Origin: Adineta vaga
Taxonomy: Eukaryota > Animalia > Rotifera
Direction of reading: 5' to 3'
Assembly: GCA_021613535.1 (NCBI GenBank)
Contig: CP075496.1
Coordinates: forward strand, 4,960,001-5,024,000
DNA: 64,000 nucleotides
Below, piece by piece: positions 52,338 to 64,000 of the stretch; the stretch's first letter is position 1, and each line of letters starts with the position of its first letter. Below the pieces are notes generated by a model that saw nothing but the letters and a program-made list of their open reading frames with translations, was not told the DNA's origin and did not search any database. The translations under genes and the position numbers were made by a program.

Positions 52338-52865
52338 TCAAGGCCTACGCACAGCTAGGCGAGTCATGAGTGCTGACGTTGACTCTAAGCCATGTCGTCG
52401 TCCTTCTAAATAACTCGATAGGATAGCAGCAATCATTGCAAGTACTTGACCAACAATTATCATATAGTATGAGTAACAAAATTGTGCAGTTAAACGAGAA
52501 AATGCAACGCAACTCATTGTAAAAAAGAAACTACCCAATGCGAAAGAACATACAGATATTAAAGATATAAAACGTATTGTTGATGAAAAATTCCAATTAA
52601 TAATATTAAAGACAATTGTTGATAATAGACCAATGATAATCAAAACAAATCCGGTTAATGAGAAGGCTGCAGATGAACGTGTTATTGAAGAATAACATGT
52701 TAATGGTTGTAATTGGCAAAGTTGCCATAGTCCAGCTCGTATACGTATTGTATGAATCCAATGTGTAGTACTTAGAGAAATTATAGTAAATAGAATCGCA
52801 CAGGAAATGAATGCAAGAATAATATACGTAAGAAAAATTCTTAGATTCATATGAGTTAATGGCAT
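52338..52865 (-). CDS. Claudin/PMP22-family tetraspan protein
   Basis: Intronless 175 aa with four hydrophobic segments, W...GLWQLC...C signature and FCYSYY before TM4. Confidence 0.85.
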   Translation of the reverse strand: MPLTHMNLRIFLTYIILAFISCAILFTIISLSTTHWIHTIRIRAGLWQLCQLQPLTCYSSITRSSAAFSLTGFVLIIIGLLSTIVFNIINWNFSSTIRFISLISVCSFALGSFFFTMSCVAFSRLTAQFCYSYYMIIVGQVLAMIAAILSSYLEGRRHGLESTSALMTRLAVRRP

Positions 52866-53252
52866 TGTCGGAGGAAATGATTGCCTGATGTTCTTCTTTT
52901 TTTTTCTCTCGAAGGTGGAAGTAAATTTGAAAAGATAACAATGAAGTTAAAGAACAAGAAAGAAAAACAGAGTAAAAAAAATCTGATTAGAAAAATCAAA
53001 CAACTGATGTTAATTATTCTTCAAAACACTATCGATGCATTCAAATAACAGATATGTTTATGTAATCATGAATATATATATATCAGTACAGACTAATCAA
53101 TAATCGAAAGTAAAGGGATATCGTTATTTAGAGATAAAACAGAAGAAATGAAGTTTTTTTTATTAAATTTTATTTCAAAATTAAAAAAAAAGAAATTGAA
53201 TTTAGTTGGATACCATACTCTTAAAGTTTGACTAGAAAAATAGATTGTTCTA

Positions 53253-56200
53253 CTAGATCTTTGCATCCGAATGTTCTAAATTGAGATTTAATGTACTAGC
53301 ATTTATATCAACGGATAGAAGTGACATACGATCACTATCGCAATATGATTCCATTGGTATAATTTCTTCCTGTTTGGATAATTTTTTACTACGTTTTCGA
53401 ATAATTTCACCAAGTAAACTATTTGTTTGTTCTTCGGCATCATGTGCAGCAATCGTTTCATTGGTTGATTCAAATAGTACAGTTGAAAGTTGATCTTTTG
53501 TTAATGAACGACAAAGAGTTGGACTTGACGAGCGCCATTCATGATCAGTTGTTTTAATTGCTGAAAGAGAAAAAAAGTAAGAATTTTATATTTTAAAATA
53601 CAATAATAAAAAACTATCTAACCATCTGTTATTGAAGTATATTCATTTGATTGTACATGACTCATACTTGCTTCATCATCTGTTACGGAACTTAATCGAT
53701 GAATGGTTGATTGTCTTTCCAGTTCATTCGAGTTTTTTGATACGGATAATTGATGAGTTGATGCTGATGATTTCGGTAATGATTTTGTAGGAAAAGAACT
53801 TAATTCATAACCTGTAAGGGATGAATTTCGTCGTTGTTGTCGTCGACGAATATCATTATCATCATATGTAGATGATGAATAATGTAATCTACTAGCTCGA
53901 TCTTTACTACTAGGTGATTGACTAAAAAGTAACTTTTGCATCATATCACACATATTTAAATTAAGATCTTCAAGTCGTTGCAAACGCCAATCGAGATTTT
54001 GAAGTACAGCACGATTTTGAGTTTCACGTTGATAAATATCATCGACTCGTAAGACTGTTGCATCAACACTAAATAAACAGGAGGATATTGAGTTGAACAT
54101 CATTGTAATGATATGTATATCGATTAACTTACCGTTCAGATGTTACAGCAATTTGTTCAGCAGTTGTATTCTTCTTTTCTCTTTCTTTCATTGCAAAATA
54201 TTCATCAATTTGTTCTTCTTCAAAATCATGAATTTCAGCTACTTCTTTTTCACTTAAAAATAATTCTAGAAAATTTAAACATTAAAATCAATTGTTTCCC
54301 TATCTTTTCTTAATAACTATATAAGATACAAACTTAATCCATGGTCTACTTTGAATTTTTTTCCTCGCCAATATCGTCGAATTAATTTCAATACAAGATA
54401 TACATGTGAAATAAGTATAAATGGAGGTGGTAACATCGGTTTGGCTTCATATTTAAGTACAATATAATATCGATGATATTTCCAAACTTGATCCGATGAT
54501 TTCGATATTCGAATATAGGTGTTATTGAATGTTGCAATAAGTATGGAAAGAAGTAATATATTACAAAAGATAAGATATGCTGTCATTGTAATCGGTGTTA
54601 CCCAATGGAAGGGCATACATTGTGGAGCATCTGGTTCACTTTCTAAACAGGGAGGATCAATTGAACCAGCATAGACTTCACCATAAATCTTTTAAAAAAA
54701 GAATAGTTTTTTTCCTCTTCTAACTATTAAAAAAAATATTATCGAGAAACTATACATACCATAAAATAAGGTTCAAGAAAGATTTCTTTGACTGATCGCC
54801 ATGACCATGCTTCATTTGGAAATTTAATTGCTTGTCGAGATACACCAAACGAAACCATTACAACCAATATGATAATAATAAATTTAAACAAATCAATTAA
54901 CTAGAAAAAAAACACAACTATGACATATCAGCAAGAAATTTTATCTTACATTTTGTGCTGCAATGTGTATATATGGACCTACGGATTTATGAACAGAAAT
55001 ATAGGTTAATAGATGTATCCACCAATACGATACATCAAGACAATAGAGTACGCGTCCGATATAGAGAGTCTTTGGATGAAATCGTAAAATAAATCCGATG
55101 CCATATGTAAGAATTGCTAATGAATCACATATATTAACAAAATTGGAAAAATATAACTAGAAAAAAAGAAAGTGAATACTCGATAGATTCACCAAAGAGA
55201 TCAAAATGATATCATTTCAATCCTATATTATTTGTCAACAATTTTCTCAACTTATATGAAGAGGAACATTTATTTCAAACAAAAAAAGATAAAGTTTTTC
55301 TTACTGCTAATCGTCGTCGAAATCGTGGTGAAGAACCTGTACAAATCTAAACATAACAAATCATTCATAATCTTCTAATGATATCTAATTAACTAACTTC
55401 TCGTGCAGTATCAAGTGCAGATGATGCCAAATATATCGTTATTATATATTCTAAAAGAAGATTTTTTTTTTAAATAACTTCAATTCTTTTTGAAATTCTT
55501 TTACCAGGAATACTCGGTTTTGGTGGTGTTCGAACAAGTACCATATAGGTAAATAGAAAAAGAAAGCATAGATAAAATATACAATTATACCAAAATTTTG
55601 TAATTGGTGCATTATAAAATTCATAAAATCGTTGTGTAATAGAAAGTGATGATGATGAGAAGCTTTTGATTTGTATAGTTTCATTTAAAATTGTTAATTC
55701 ATCTGTTTTTTTCGATGTTTCTGTATTGAGATCATTGAGATCATCAGTTACTTGCATTGGCGTTGAAAGTGTTTGTTTTAAATTTGAAATCGAAGGTTCT
55801 CTTTGATCCATAAAGGACCTATTTAATGATATCATTTCAATCGATTGATTATCCACATGTTTATTTTCAACAATGAATTCGATCGAAGTATCATTATGCA
55901 TTGTCGAACTTTTTCTCATTTGATGATCATCTGATGATCGTCCATGTGCAAATTCGTTTGATATATTTCCTGAGTTGTAATCCTCACTATTGTAGTCATC
56001 ATCATCTTCATCATCGTCAGTATTTGGATCACGTTCACTTTGTTCGGCTAAATGTTCTTCATGAGTTTTAGGTTGTAGTTTTAATTCTTCAGCACTTTTG
56101 AAATCAATTCGAAGTACCAATGGAAAACATAAAATCGACGCGATAACTTTCCAATTTAAATAACGTCGAATCGACATGCCTCCCATCCATAAATCATTTA

Positions 56201-59200
56201 ATATCATTTGACAGCATTTATGAGCAACGAACTCTTGATGATGAGAAATGACAGCTAATGACAAACATGTCCAATCAGACCAATTTTTCAACTCATATGT
56301 CAATAATTGGCACGTTTTATCATCATTTTCTCGGTAACATTGTTCAAGAACACCGAGAGCTAATTCATGGAATTGACTAAAAATATGAAGAGTGAGTTTA
56401 TTTATTTCACACACATAAGTAAATTGTTTATGTTAACATTCCGCATCGTTATTCTTTTCGTAAATCATACTCTTCTAGATATCATTCACTTACTCTGCAT
56501 AGTTAGCTAATTCAGCAGCTACTTCAATTTCTAATTCATCGTCATTTGCTTCATGTGTTAAAGCTTTATTCAATTTATAAGCAATCAAGGCTAAACAAAC
56601 AAAATCGTTTTAATATACATTTAGAAATCTTTTACCTTTTGCCATAGCTTCTTCACCTAAATGAAACAGAAACTTATCGATTTAGATCATGAAACTCTAT
56701 TTTCTTCATACCTCGTTCCCAAAAGAACAATGCCATCTGATGTCGTTTTGTTAACACTGCCCACAAAAGTAATTCATTGTAAGGATATTGAAATGTATCA
56801 TCCACTGGTTTTAATATCGTACTAATTGTTTTTCGATGTAACTTTTTAGATAAAGATTAGAAGAATAATAATAAGAAGAAGAAAAAAGTCATTTCAATTG
56901 ATATTAAAGAAATTTTCATCCTCACTGATCGTAAAGTATGCGGTTGATTCAATGTTGTAGCATAACGTGTACGAAAACGTCGTCGAGTATAATGTGAACG
57001 ATATCCATGACCCATTAGTTTCTCAAAAATAAGTCCCACATCAAGTAAGGTATACGAACCTGACATAGTAGACTGAAAAAAATCATAATAGAAATGAAGA
57101 TCAATTAAATAGAAAATAAACCTTTCGAATTTTTCGAATATCTTTGGCTATGTAATGAAGTGTATTCGGTGGACCATCACGCTAGAATATAAACAAATCA
57201 TATACAACTATATTCGTCTTGAGAACAATAGTTTGATTCGTTTTCTTTTATGCTTCTTCTTTTGAAATTTAGGTATAGTCTAGAGCGTGCAAGACTAGTT
57301 GATGCCTGCAGTAAAGTAATCAAGTTTTAATGGCACTGGAAATTTACAATGAGTTGGATTATTATTTAAAGTGCCTCATTTTCTTAGCGTATTATCTGTA
57401 GATTGACATTTTTTATTAAAAAGAAAGAAAAGAAAAACTTATATTTGATGAATTTATTATTCCATTTCATTCATATAGGTGCATTAGTTTTCAGATGGAA
57501 AGAAGGAAAATCCGTCTCCGGGCGTAGTCATGACTATTACTTCTGCTTGAGAAGAAAATGATGAGAAAGAGAGAGATCTATTTCTGATCCAGTATGTACA
57601 CTGAAAAAGGAACGGATGGCGAAGAGGAAACTGAAGAGTACTTCCGACATATTCGATTCATCAAAAATATGTTACTCTTCAAGATAAGAAATCAATGGAT
57701 AATTTCCCTCCTACATGTCATTTTCTTCTTTAAACTAGAAATGTTTGCACACTATAATTATAATCATACCGTATTATAAAGTTCTTCCAAACGATGAATA
57801 GTCAAAAATTTTTGCATTGAAACACCATTTTCAAGTAATAAACGACAAAAATCAACTTTATCGGTTGTTAAAGCAGTCATCATTATTTCTTCAAGAGCTT
57901 GTTCCTAATCAAATAGTTTCATTTTTTTTTCTTTGAAAAATCCACTTTTTTCTTTTCTTCTTACTGGCCATTGATGAGCACTAGATAGAATATAATTTCG
58001 TGCAATGTCAACTCGATTCCACGTCAATGAAAGTTTCAATTGATCAATCGAGGAAACACATGTACTTCGAAGTAAAGCAATAAGAATTGCTAAATCAATA
58101 TCTTGTGATGATTCTTCTCCCATACGAAATATTGTTATCTATTAAACGTGAGAAGAAATTTTTGAAAAGTTTATTTTATTTCTTACCAAATCACGTTTTT
58201 GCACGCACATCATTAATTCTTTAAAAAGATTATTGGCTTGTTTTCTCGTATAAGTAAATGTCTTCATTATTGTATGAATTAATTGTTCTCGAATATCTTC
58301 TGACATTGTTCTACAATGAGAAATATAGATAATCATATCATTTGAATGTATATTATATTAAGATAGAAGAGCTCTCAGCATTTTTTGTTTTTTGAAAATC
58401 TTCTTTTATTGAATCATATCTATTCTAAAGATGAATTTATCTTCATAGACCGAAAGAAAACTGGTCTTCTTTTTTTGTTTTCTTTATATTCTATCTGAAT
58501 ATAATTGATTCTCTTTCGAATAGAACACACAATCTTCGTCTAATTTGATTATTAATACGATTGAGTTTTTTTTCTCATCTTAATTATTTCATTTTCTTCT
58601 ATTCTTATCAATGAAAGTCTAGTTCACATACCCATCATCTCTGGCATATCGATGTGTAAACGAAATCAGATCAGCTGCTCGACCACTACCATCACAAACA
58701 ACAACGGGCACTGGTGGATTATCAGTCACATGTTCTAAAACCATTCGAATTGTATTGACTCCACCCTCGACAACGACGCAAACGACTGGAATATTTGCAT
58801 GTTCAGCTAAACAATCAACAAGAAAATGAAGATTTAAAAAATAAAATTCATGTGAATAGATAAACGAAAGAAAGGAACATACATGTATGACCACTTGTTT
58901 GTTTCAATAAAAATCGTTCAAAACGTTTTCGTAATAGAATTTCTCCACCATATTTTCCACTAGTACCGTTATCAACAAGTAAGAAATAATAATGATTACT
59001 GTTCAATGTAGCATTATTTTTCGTAGCGACAGCTTTTGAATGATATGAAACAAGTTTCTAAGAATATTTTCAAATAGAAAACATGATTTGATTTATTTCA
59101 AATATTCTCATTACATTAACACCAATTAAATTTTCTCGACCTTCAGTAACACCCCATGGAGAAAATCCAATACAGACAATATCCGATTTCGCTTTTGGTG

Positions 59201-59908
59201 ATTTAGAAAATAAAGCATCGCCCACATGTTTGACCACACCTTTAAACTTCTATGAAAATAAATCACAAGAAGATTTATATTCACTTACCTTGTTGACATC
59301 CATTAGTGATAATCCAAGCACCTGTTGTTTTCGCTGCTCGGAAAAGTCCTTTCTTTAAAACACGCTTTAATTTGGGTTGTAATTCAAAATTAGCAATGCC
59401 TCCATCAATCGATATAACTAATCGTGGCAGTTTCAAATTCCATACACGTAAAAATAATTTCAATACTAAATCCGGTCGTGTATCATGCGATAGACGTAAA
59501 TACTTGAAAAAATAGATATAAAACTTCTCCTTCTTCCATTTTTAGATCGTGTTCTTACTTGAGCTTTTGTTGGATGTGCCATACCATCGAATTCAATCAC
59601 ACCAAAGGCATCCGTTGGTTCACATTTTGTATTCTTTTGTACAGACCATCGTTCATCTTTATTTACTGATAAAAGATTCATATTTGTTGATTCAATTTGA
59701 ACTGAATCATTGTGCTCATATAGATATCTTCCACAACAACATCGTCCTACATCTTGGACATGTTTCGATGGAATAAATCTAATACATTCACGTTTTTTAA
59801 ATGTTCGTTGTATCCACGAAATGTTATTATCGAACTAATAAGAAAGAAAACAAAAGAAACATCGAAAAGCTTTCGGTATGAATAGCCTACCGATGTTGGC
59901 GTGACCAT
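53253..59908 (-). CDS. TRPM3: TRPM cation channel (TRPM1/3-like, no kinase domain)
   Basis: MHR motifs ([50 protein letters not shown]), [10 protein letters not shown], pore [16 protein letters not shown] box VWKYHRY, coiled coil, EYTSITD. TAG at 53255-53253. Confidence 0.92.
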
Positions 59909-60519
59909 CTTTGTTCAAAAAAACTCCTTGGCTGTATTATGACATGAAAGCGACAGGATATACTGCCGTTGGTTATGATGATAGTAGTATGAGGAAAAAA
60001 GAAAAAAGAGAGATCTCAGCAACGTCAGGCACTATTACTGTTCCTGCCACATTTTTTCTTCTTTTTTTTTTCTTCTTCTTTTTTTTCCAAATAGAATGAT
60101 GGGAAAACGAGGAAGAGAAAGAAAAAGATAAGGAAAAGGGAAGAGACAAAAAAAGATTGATGACGTATATAATCCGATTATTGACATAGATGTATATAAA
60201 CTCAAATATTCATGATGCTTGAAGAAATTTGACAAAAAAGATTGTCTGTAAATAATTTTCTTTCTTGAAATATTCAGTAAGACGAAAAAAACAATTGAAG
60301 ATTATCGACATACATGCACACACACATATATATGTATATGTAAAGACAAGAAGAAACGAAGTTATATATATAAAATGAAAATGAAATTGGAATGATCTTC
60401 TTTCTTAATTGTATAATGAATCATTGATGTATATATATATATGTATGTGTTTTCTTTCTTTTCATTTAACGAGACTATACAAGATACATTTAAAAAAAAC
60501 AAACAAACGAAACAAGTTC

Positions 60520-62410
60520 CTATGATTTGAAAACCCGCACTACACGAACAATATTCGATCGACATATTGGACATTCAGCAAGTAATTTTCCACATTTGAC
60601 ACATGTTACCTAGGTAAAGAAGAAAAGTTTTAGAAGGATAATTATATAGTAAAAGAAAAAAATATAATATATATATATTTAATTATCACCATAGAGATCA
60701 AATTTGTTCTTCTCTGTTTCTTTTCCACAAGAACAACGGTATTTCAGATTTTCATTTTGAAAAATAACTAAAAACTAAACGATTATCAACTTACCATATG
60801 ACCACAGTCTAGAAATACACAATCAGCAATAGCATCCATGCATACTTTACATAATTCACTATCGCTCGCTGTTGCACTATCAAGTGCTTTGGCTAGAAAA
60901 GAGATTTAAAACAATCAAACGATTAGTTTTTTTTTCTATAGTAGAAGAAAATTTCAAAGACTCACCTTTAATTTTTTCATTTTGTCGATCTCGATAAAGT
61001 CTTTGAACTTTTTCAATTAATTCATTTTTTTCTACACATCCTTTATAATCAACAAAATTTGCTACTAGTATTTCTTTTAATTCACGAACACTTAAATCTT
61101 CAATGTTTTGTTCATTATTCAATTCACTGAGAGATTTACGACGTGGTCGAGAATTTGTCGTCGTTTGTTGTTGCTAAAAAAAACAAATAACAAAGAGATT
61201 ATAATTCCATTGCATTTGAGATCTTGCTGAATAAGAATGACAAGAAATATTAAATATAATCTGCTAATAATTGCAATTTAATACTAATAATCTATGTATG
61301 TCATACTATCTTGCTAATAGTAGACTGAGACAATTAAAAACCAATAAATTTCTATTCTCGTAAACTTTTTTTATTTAAATAGTTAAGAAATGTCTTACTG
61401 TATTCGAACTAGCCGTAGTTTCATTAGTTGTCGTTCTTCGCTGTTGTGGACTAGTTGCTGTGCTATTTGTTGTAGTAGTATAGACAAAATTTCCAGGAGA
61501 TGTAAAACTATATGTAAATGGTCCATTTGTAGTTGTGCCAAAATTAAACGTTGAGGATGTTCCATTTCCATTGTTTGTTGTTGTCGTCGTTGTTGTTGTT
61601 TGTTGATGATCACCAAGTGCGTGATGTAAAACACCAGATACTGTATTTGTAACATAATCTTGTAAATTAGCGGCAAAATGGTTCATTTGACTAGCAAATG
61701 ATGACATTGTATGTTGAAAATTTGTGTAATTTCCATGTTTTGGCGGTTGTGGTGGGGGAGGTGGCGGTGGTGGCATTGCTGTTGTTGTAGTTGAAGACGA
61801 AGTAGATGAGGAAGCGCTTGTTGATGTTGAAAATTGATTGAATGTGGTATGAAACTGTTGTTGATTTGCATTTGGTGTGGTTGATGATGAAGATGATGAT
61901 GTGGATGGTTGTTGTTGTTGTTGTTGTGTTGGAGGTGGTGGTGGTGGTGGTGGAGGAGGAGGAGGAGGGTATGTTTGGTTTTGCTGTTGAACGAATAGAC
62001 GTGCAAAAGGTAAATGACGATTTTTTACAATTAATTCCACAAGTTCTTGTTTTTCTGTACATGTGTGATTGGCAATATTTTTCGCTTGTAAATAGGATCT
62101 TAAATGTTTCACTTTCAATGCTAATAGTTGTTCATCTGATGTTGAATCACTTGATATTAATTGACATATGAGACATATCCGATGTGGATGATTATAATGA
62201 CGTTCACGTGGCGCACAATTTGTACAATAATATTGACGGCAGACTGCACAACTTTTCTAGAAAAAACAACGGATTTATTTTCGTAATAAGAATATAAAAG
62301 ATGGAAAAGTATCAATTTACTTTTCGTTTTACTATCGTATATGTTGTATGACAATGATCACATTGATCATTGGAAGTTGTTGAATAGGATGATGTTGACG
62401 AAGATGGCAT
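60520..62410 (-). CDS. RNF34: E3 ligase RNF34/RFFL (FYVE-like, SAP, RING)
   Basis: FYVE-like CDHC...[12 protein letters not shown]...[14 protein letters not shown]...[60 protein letters not shown]. Confidence 0.92.
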
Positions 62411-62835
62411 TATGTTTGATGAAGTTAAATAAGAAACAAAAATGCCGGATATGAATTTGAAAAAAACGAACTATGAATTGACGAATTTATCTTATCTGAA
62501 TATGAATTTCTTTGAAGATTATTGAACAAGTCGATTATTCATAAAAGATTCTTTTTCTATATCGGTCAATCAATCAATCTGACATGTTGTTGTTGCTCCT
62601 TTTTTTCTAACCAATCGATAAACATTCATATGATTAATTTCGAAGAATATTCTTGAAATTATTTTCAATGAAAAAAGAATTGAAACTTTTGTTATTGAAA
62701 AATTATGATTTTATATTTAGGAAAACAAAATAATTGCAGCGACATCTATCATTTGTGTAGGTGAAGAAAGTAAATAAGTCGAGTTTTTAATCATTCAGAA
62801 ATATAATCGTTTCGGCATTGATTTAGGAATTTCAA

Positions 62836-63464
62836 ATGGCAGCACGTGTTAAAGCTAAACAACCAGCGAAAAAGCGTCAACAACGCGCTACTTCGAATAT
62901 ATTTGCGATGTTTGATCAATCGCAAATTCAGGAATTTAAAGAAGCTTTTAATATTATTGATCATGATCGCGTTCGTTTCGAAAATCTTTTTTTCTTTATT
63001 GTTTGTTTACTTATCAGCATCTTTTTTAGGATGGTTTTATTAGTGGCGATGATTTAAGAGATATGTTTGCTTCATTAGGTAAAGTCGTTCCCGATGCTGA
63101 AATCGAAGCTATGGTTCGTGAAGCACCAGGAGATATCAATTTTACAAGTAAATTTTATTTTATTTTTTTTCATGAATATATGATATTTGATCGTTGATTT
63201 CTAGTGTTTTTAACTATGTTCGGTGAAAAATTAACAGGTTCCGATCCGGAAGATGTTATTCGTAATGCTTTTCTAGCTTTGGATGAAGAACGTACCGGAA
63301 AGATTAGTGAAGATCGTCTACGTGAATTATTAATGACTATGGGTGATCGTTATACAGACGAAGAAGTTGATGCACTTTTTAAAGATGCTCCAATTAAAAA
63401 TGGAGAATTTGATTATCAAGAATTTGTTAAAATTCTTAAATATGGACGTAAAGATCAAGATTAG
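62836..63464 (+). CDS. MYL12: Non-muscle myosin regulatory light chain
   Basis: [64 protein letters not shown]. Three exons. Confidence 0.95.
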
Positions 63465-63645
63465 AAAAAAGAAACAAAATTATTTCCTTCTAATGAACAG
63501 ATATATTTTATTTTTCTCCTAAATTATAATTCCTATTTGCTTTTTTATTATTATATTTGGCTGAATTTAATCAATCAATCAATCAATAGCATTCCATTTT
63601 AATGCAATGTATTTTTTTGTGATTTTTAGATCAGTAGAAAAAAAA

Positions 63646-63806
63646 ATGAGTGAAGCAGATTTTGATCAAGGTAATGATCTGAAACATGTTTTACTTTCTT
63701 TCATTGATATTGTTCATTTAGATTTTGGGTTCAATGAGGAAAACAAAGGAAAGAAAAATGTAAAATCAACAAAAAAGAATAAATCAGGTGGATTTCAAAC
63801 ATTCGG
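63646..63806 (+). CDS. DDX54: DEAD-box helicase DDX54/Dbp10, 5' part (continues beyond the window)
   Basis: MSEADFDQ|DFGFNEENKGKK...KKNKSGGFQTFG matches the KKKSGGFQSMGL N-terminal/Q-motif lead-in of DDX54. Ends at a GTAAGT donor. Confidence 0.7.
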
Positions 63807-64000
63807 TAAGTTATTGAAAGAATAAAAACATACATTTAAAAGATGTTATTGATAAAGATTAATACTAAAGAAAAGCTATTAAACTAAGTGTTTATTTTGA
63901 CATTTAAAGATCAACAAAACAATTCTGATAGTTTTCTGTATCATAGGAGAAATATTTGATTAATAAATAAAACAGAATAAACTATAAGCAAATTGTGTTG

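Noticed and set aside
53253-59908. Intronic miR-204/211 as in vertebrate TRPM1/3
   Set aside because: I found no matching mature sequence or hairpin in the introns.
61395-62171. Overlapping His-, Thr- and Val-rich ORFs
   Set aside because: Alternative frames or antisense of trinucleotide repeats in the RNF34 exon.
1-64000. CRISPR arrays, tRNA, rRNA, SL RNA gene, prokaryotic defence systems
   Set aside because: I saw no repeat-spacer periodicity or RNA-gene signature, and the DNA is intron-rich and eukaryotic.

Overview
AT-rich, gene-dense eukaryotic DNA with short (about 45-70 nt) GT-AG introns. Gene content and intron style suggest a bdelloid rotifer (Rotaria/Adineta-like); this is an inference. 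The first ~6 kb is accessory. It holds an F-box pseudogene, a decayed secreted-protein gene that ends at a head-to-head pair of telomere-like repeats, and a chimeric secreted Cys-rich/poly-Thr/EGF protein with a bacterial-type vWA domain. The rest is mostly core metazoan genes: MOSPD1, TMEM104, ferritin (with a canonical IRE), TRA2, SMARCD, PIGQ, a CDK1/2-like kinase, PCM1, a vitellogenin/apolipophorin-like LLTP, a TIL peptide, EFCAB11, FGGY, SLC35E3, a claudin-like protein, TRPM, RNF34, myosin RLC and the 5' end of DDX54. Among them are an intronless P-loop GTPase with a duplicated unknown domain, a hAT MITE and a Helitron-like end. Best leads: (1) operon-like same-strand clusters with unpaired splice acceptors before start codons (only 36 nt between PIGQ and CDK); (2) a GAA-rich cassette exon in the TRA2 3'UTR that could form an NMD autoregulation switch; (3) the HGT-chimeric vWA gene; (4) the GTPase repeat domain; (5) the telomere-fusion-like scar; (6) an unassigned multi-hairpin RNA candidate. 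All exon boundaries were read by eye and no database searches were run.
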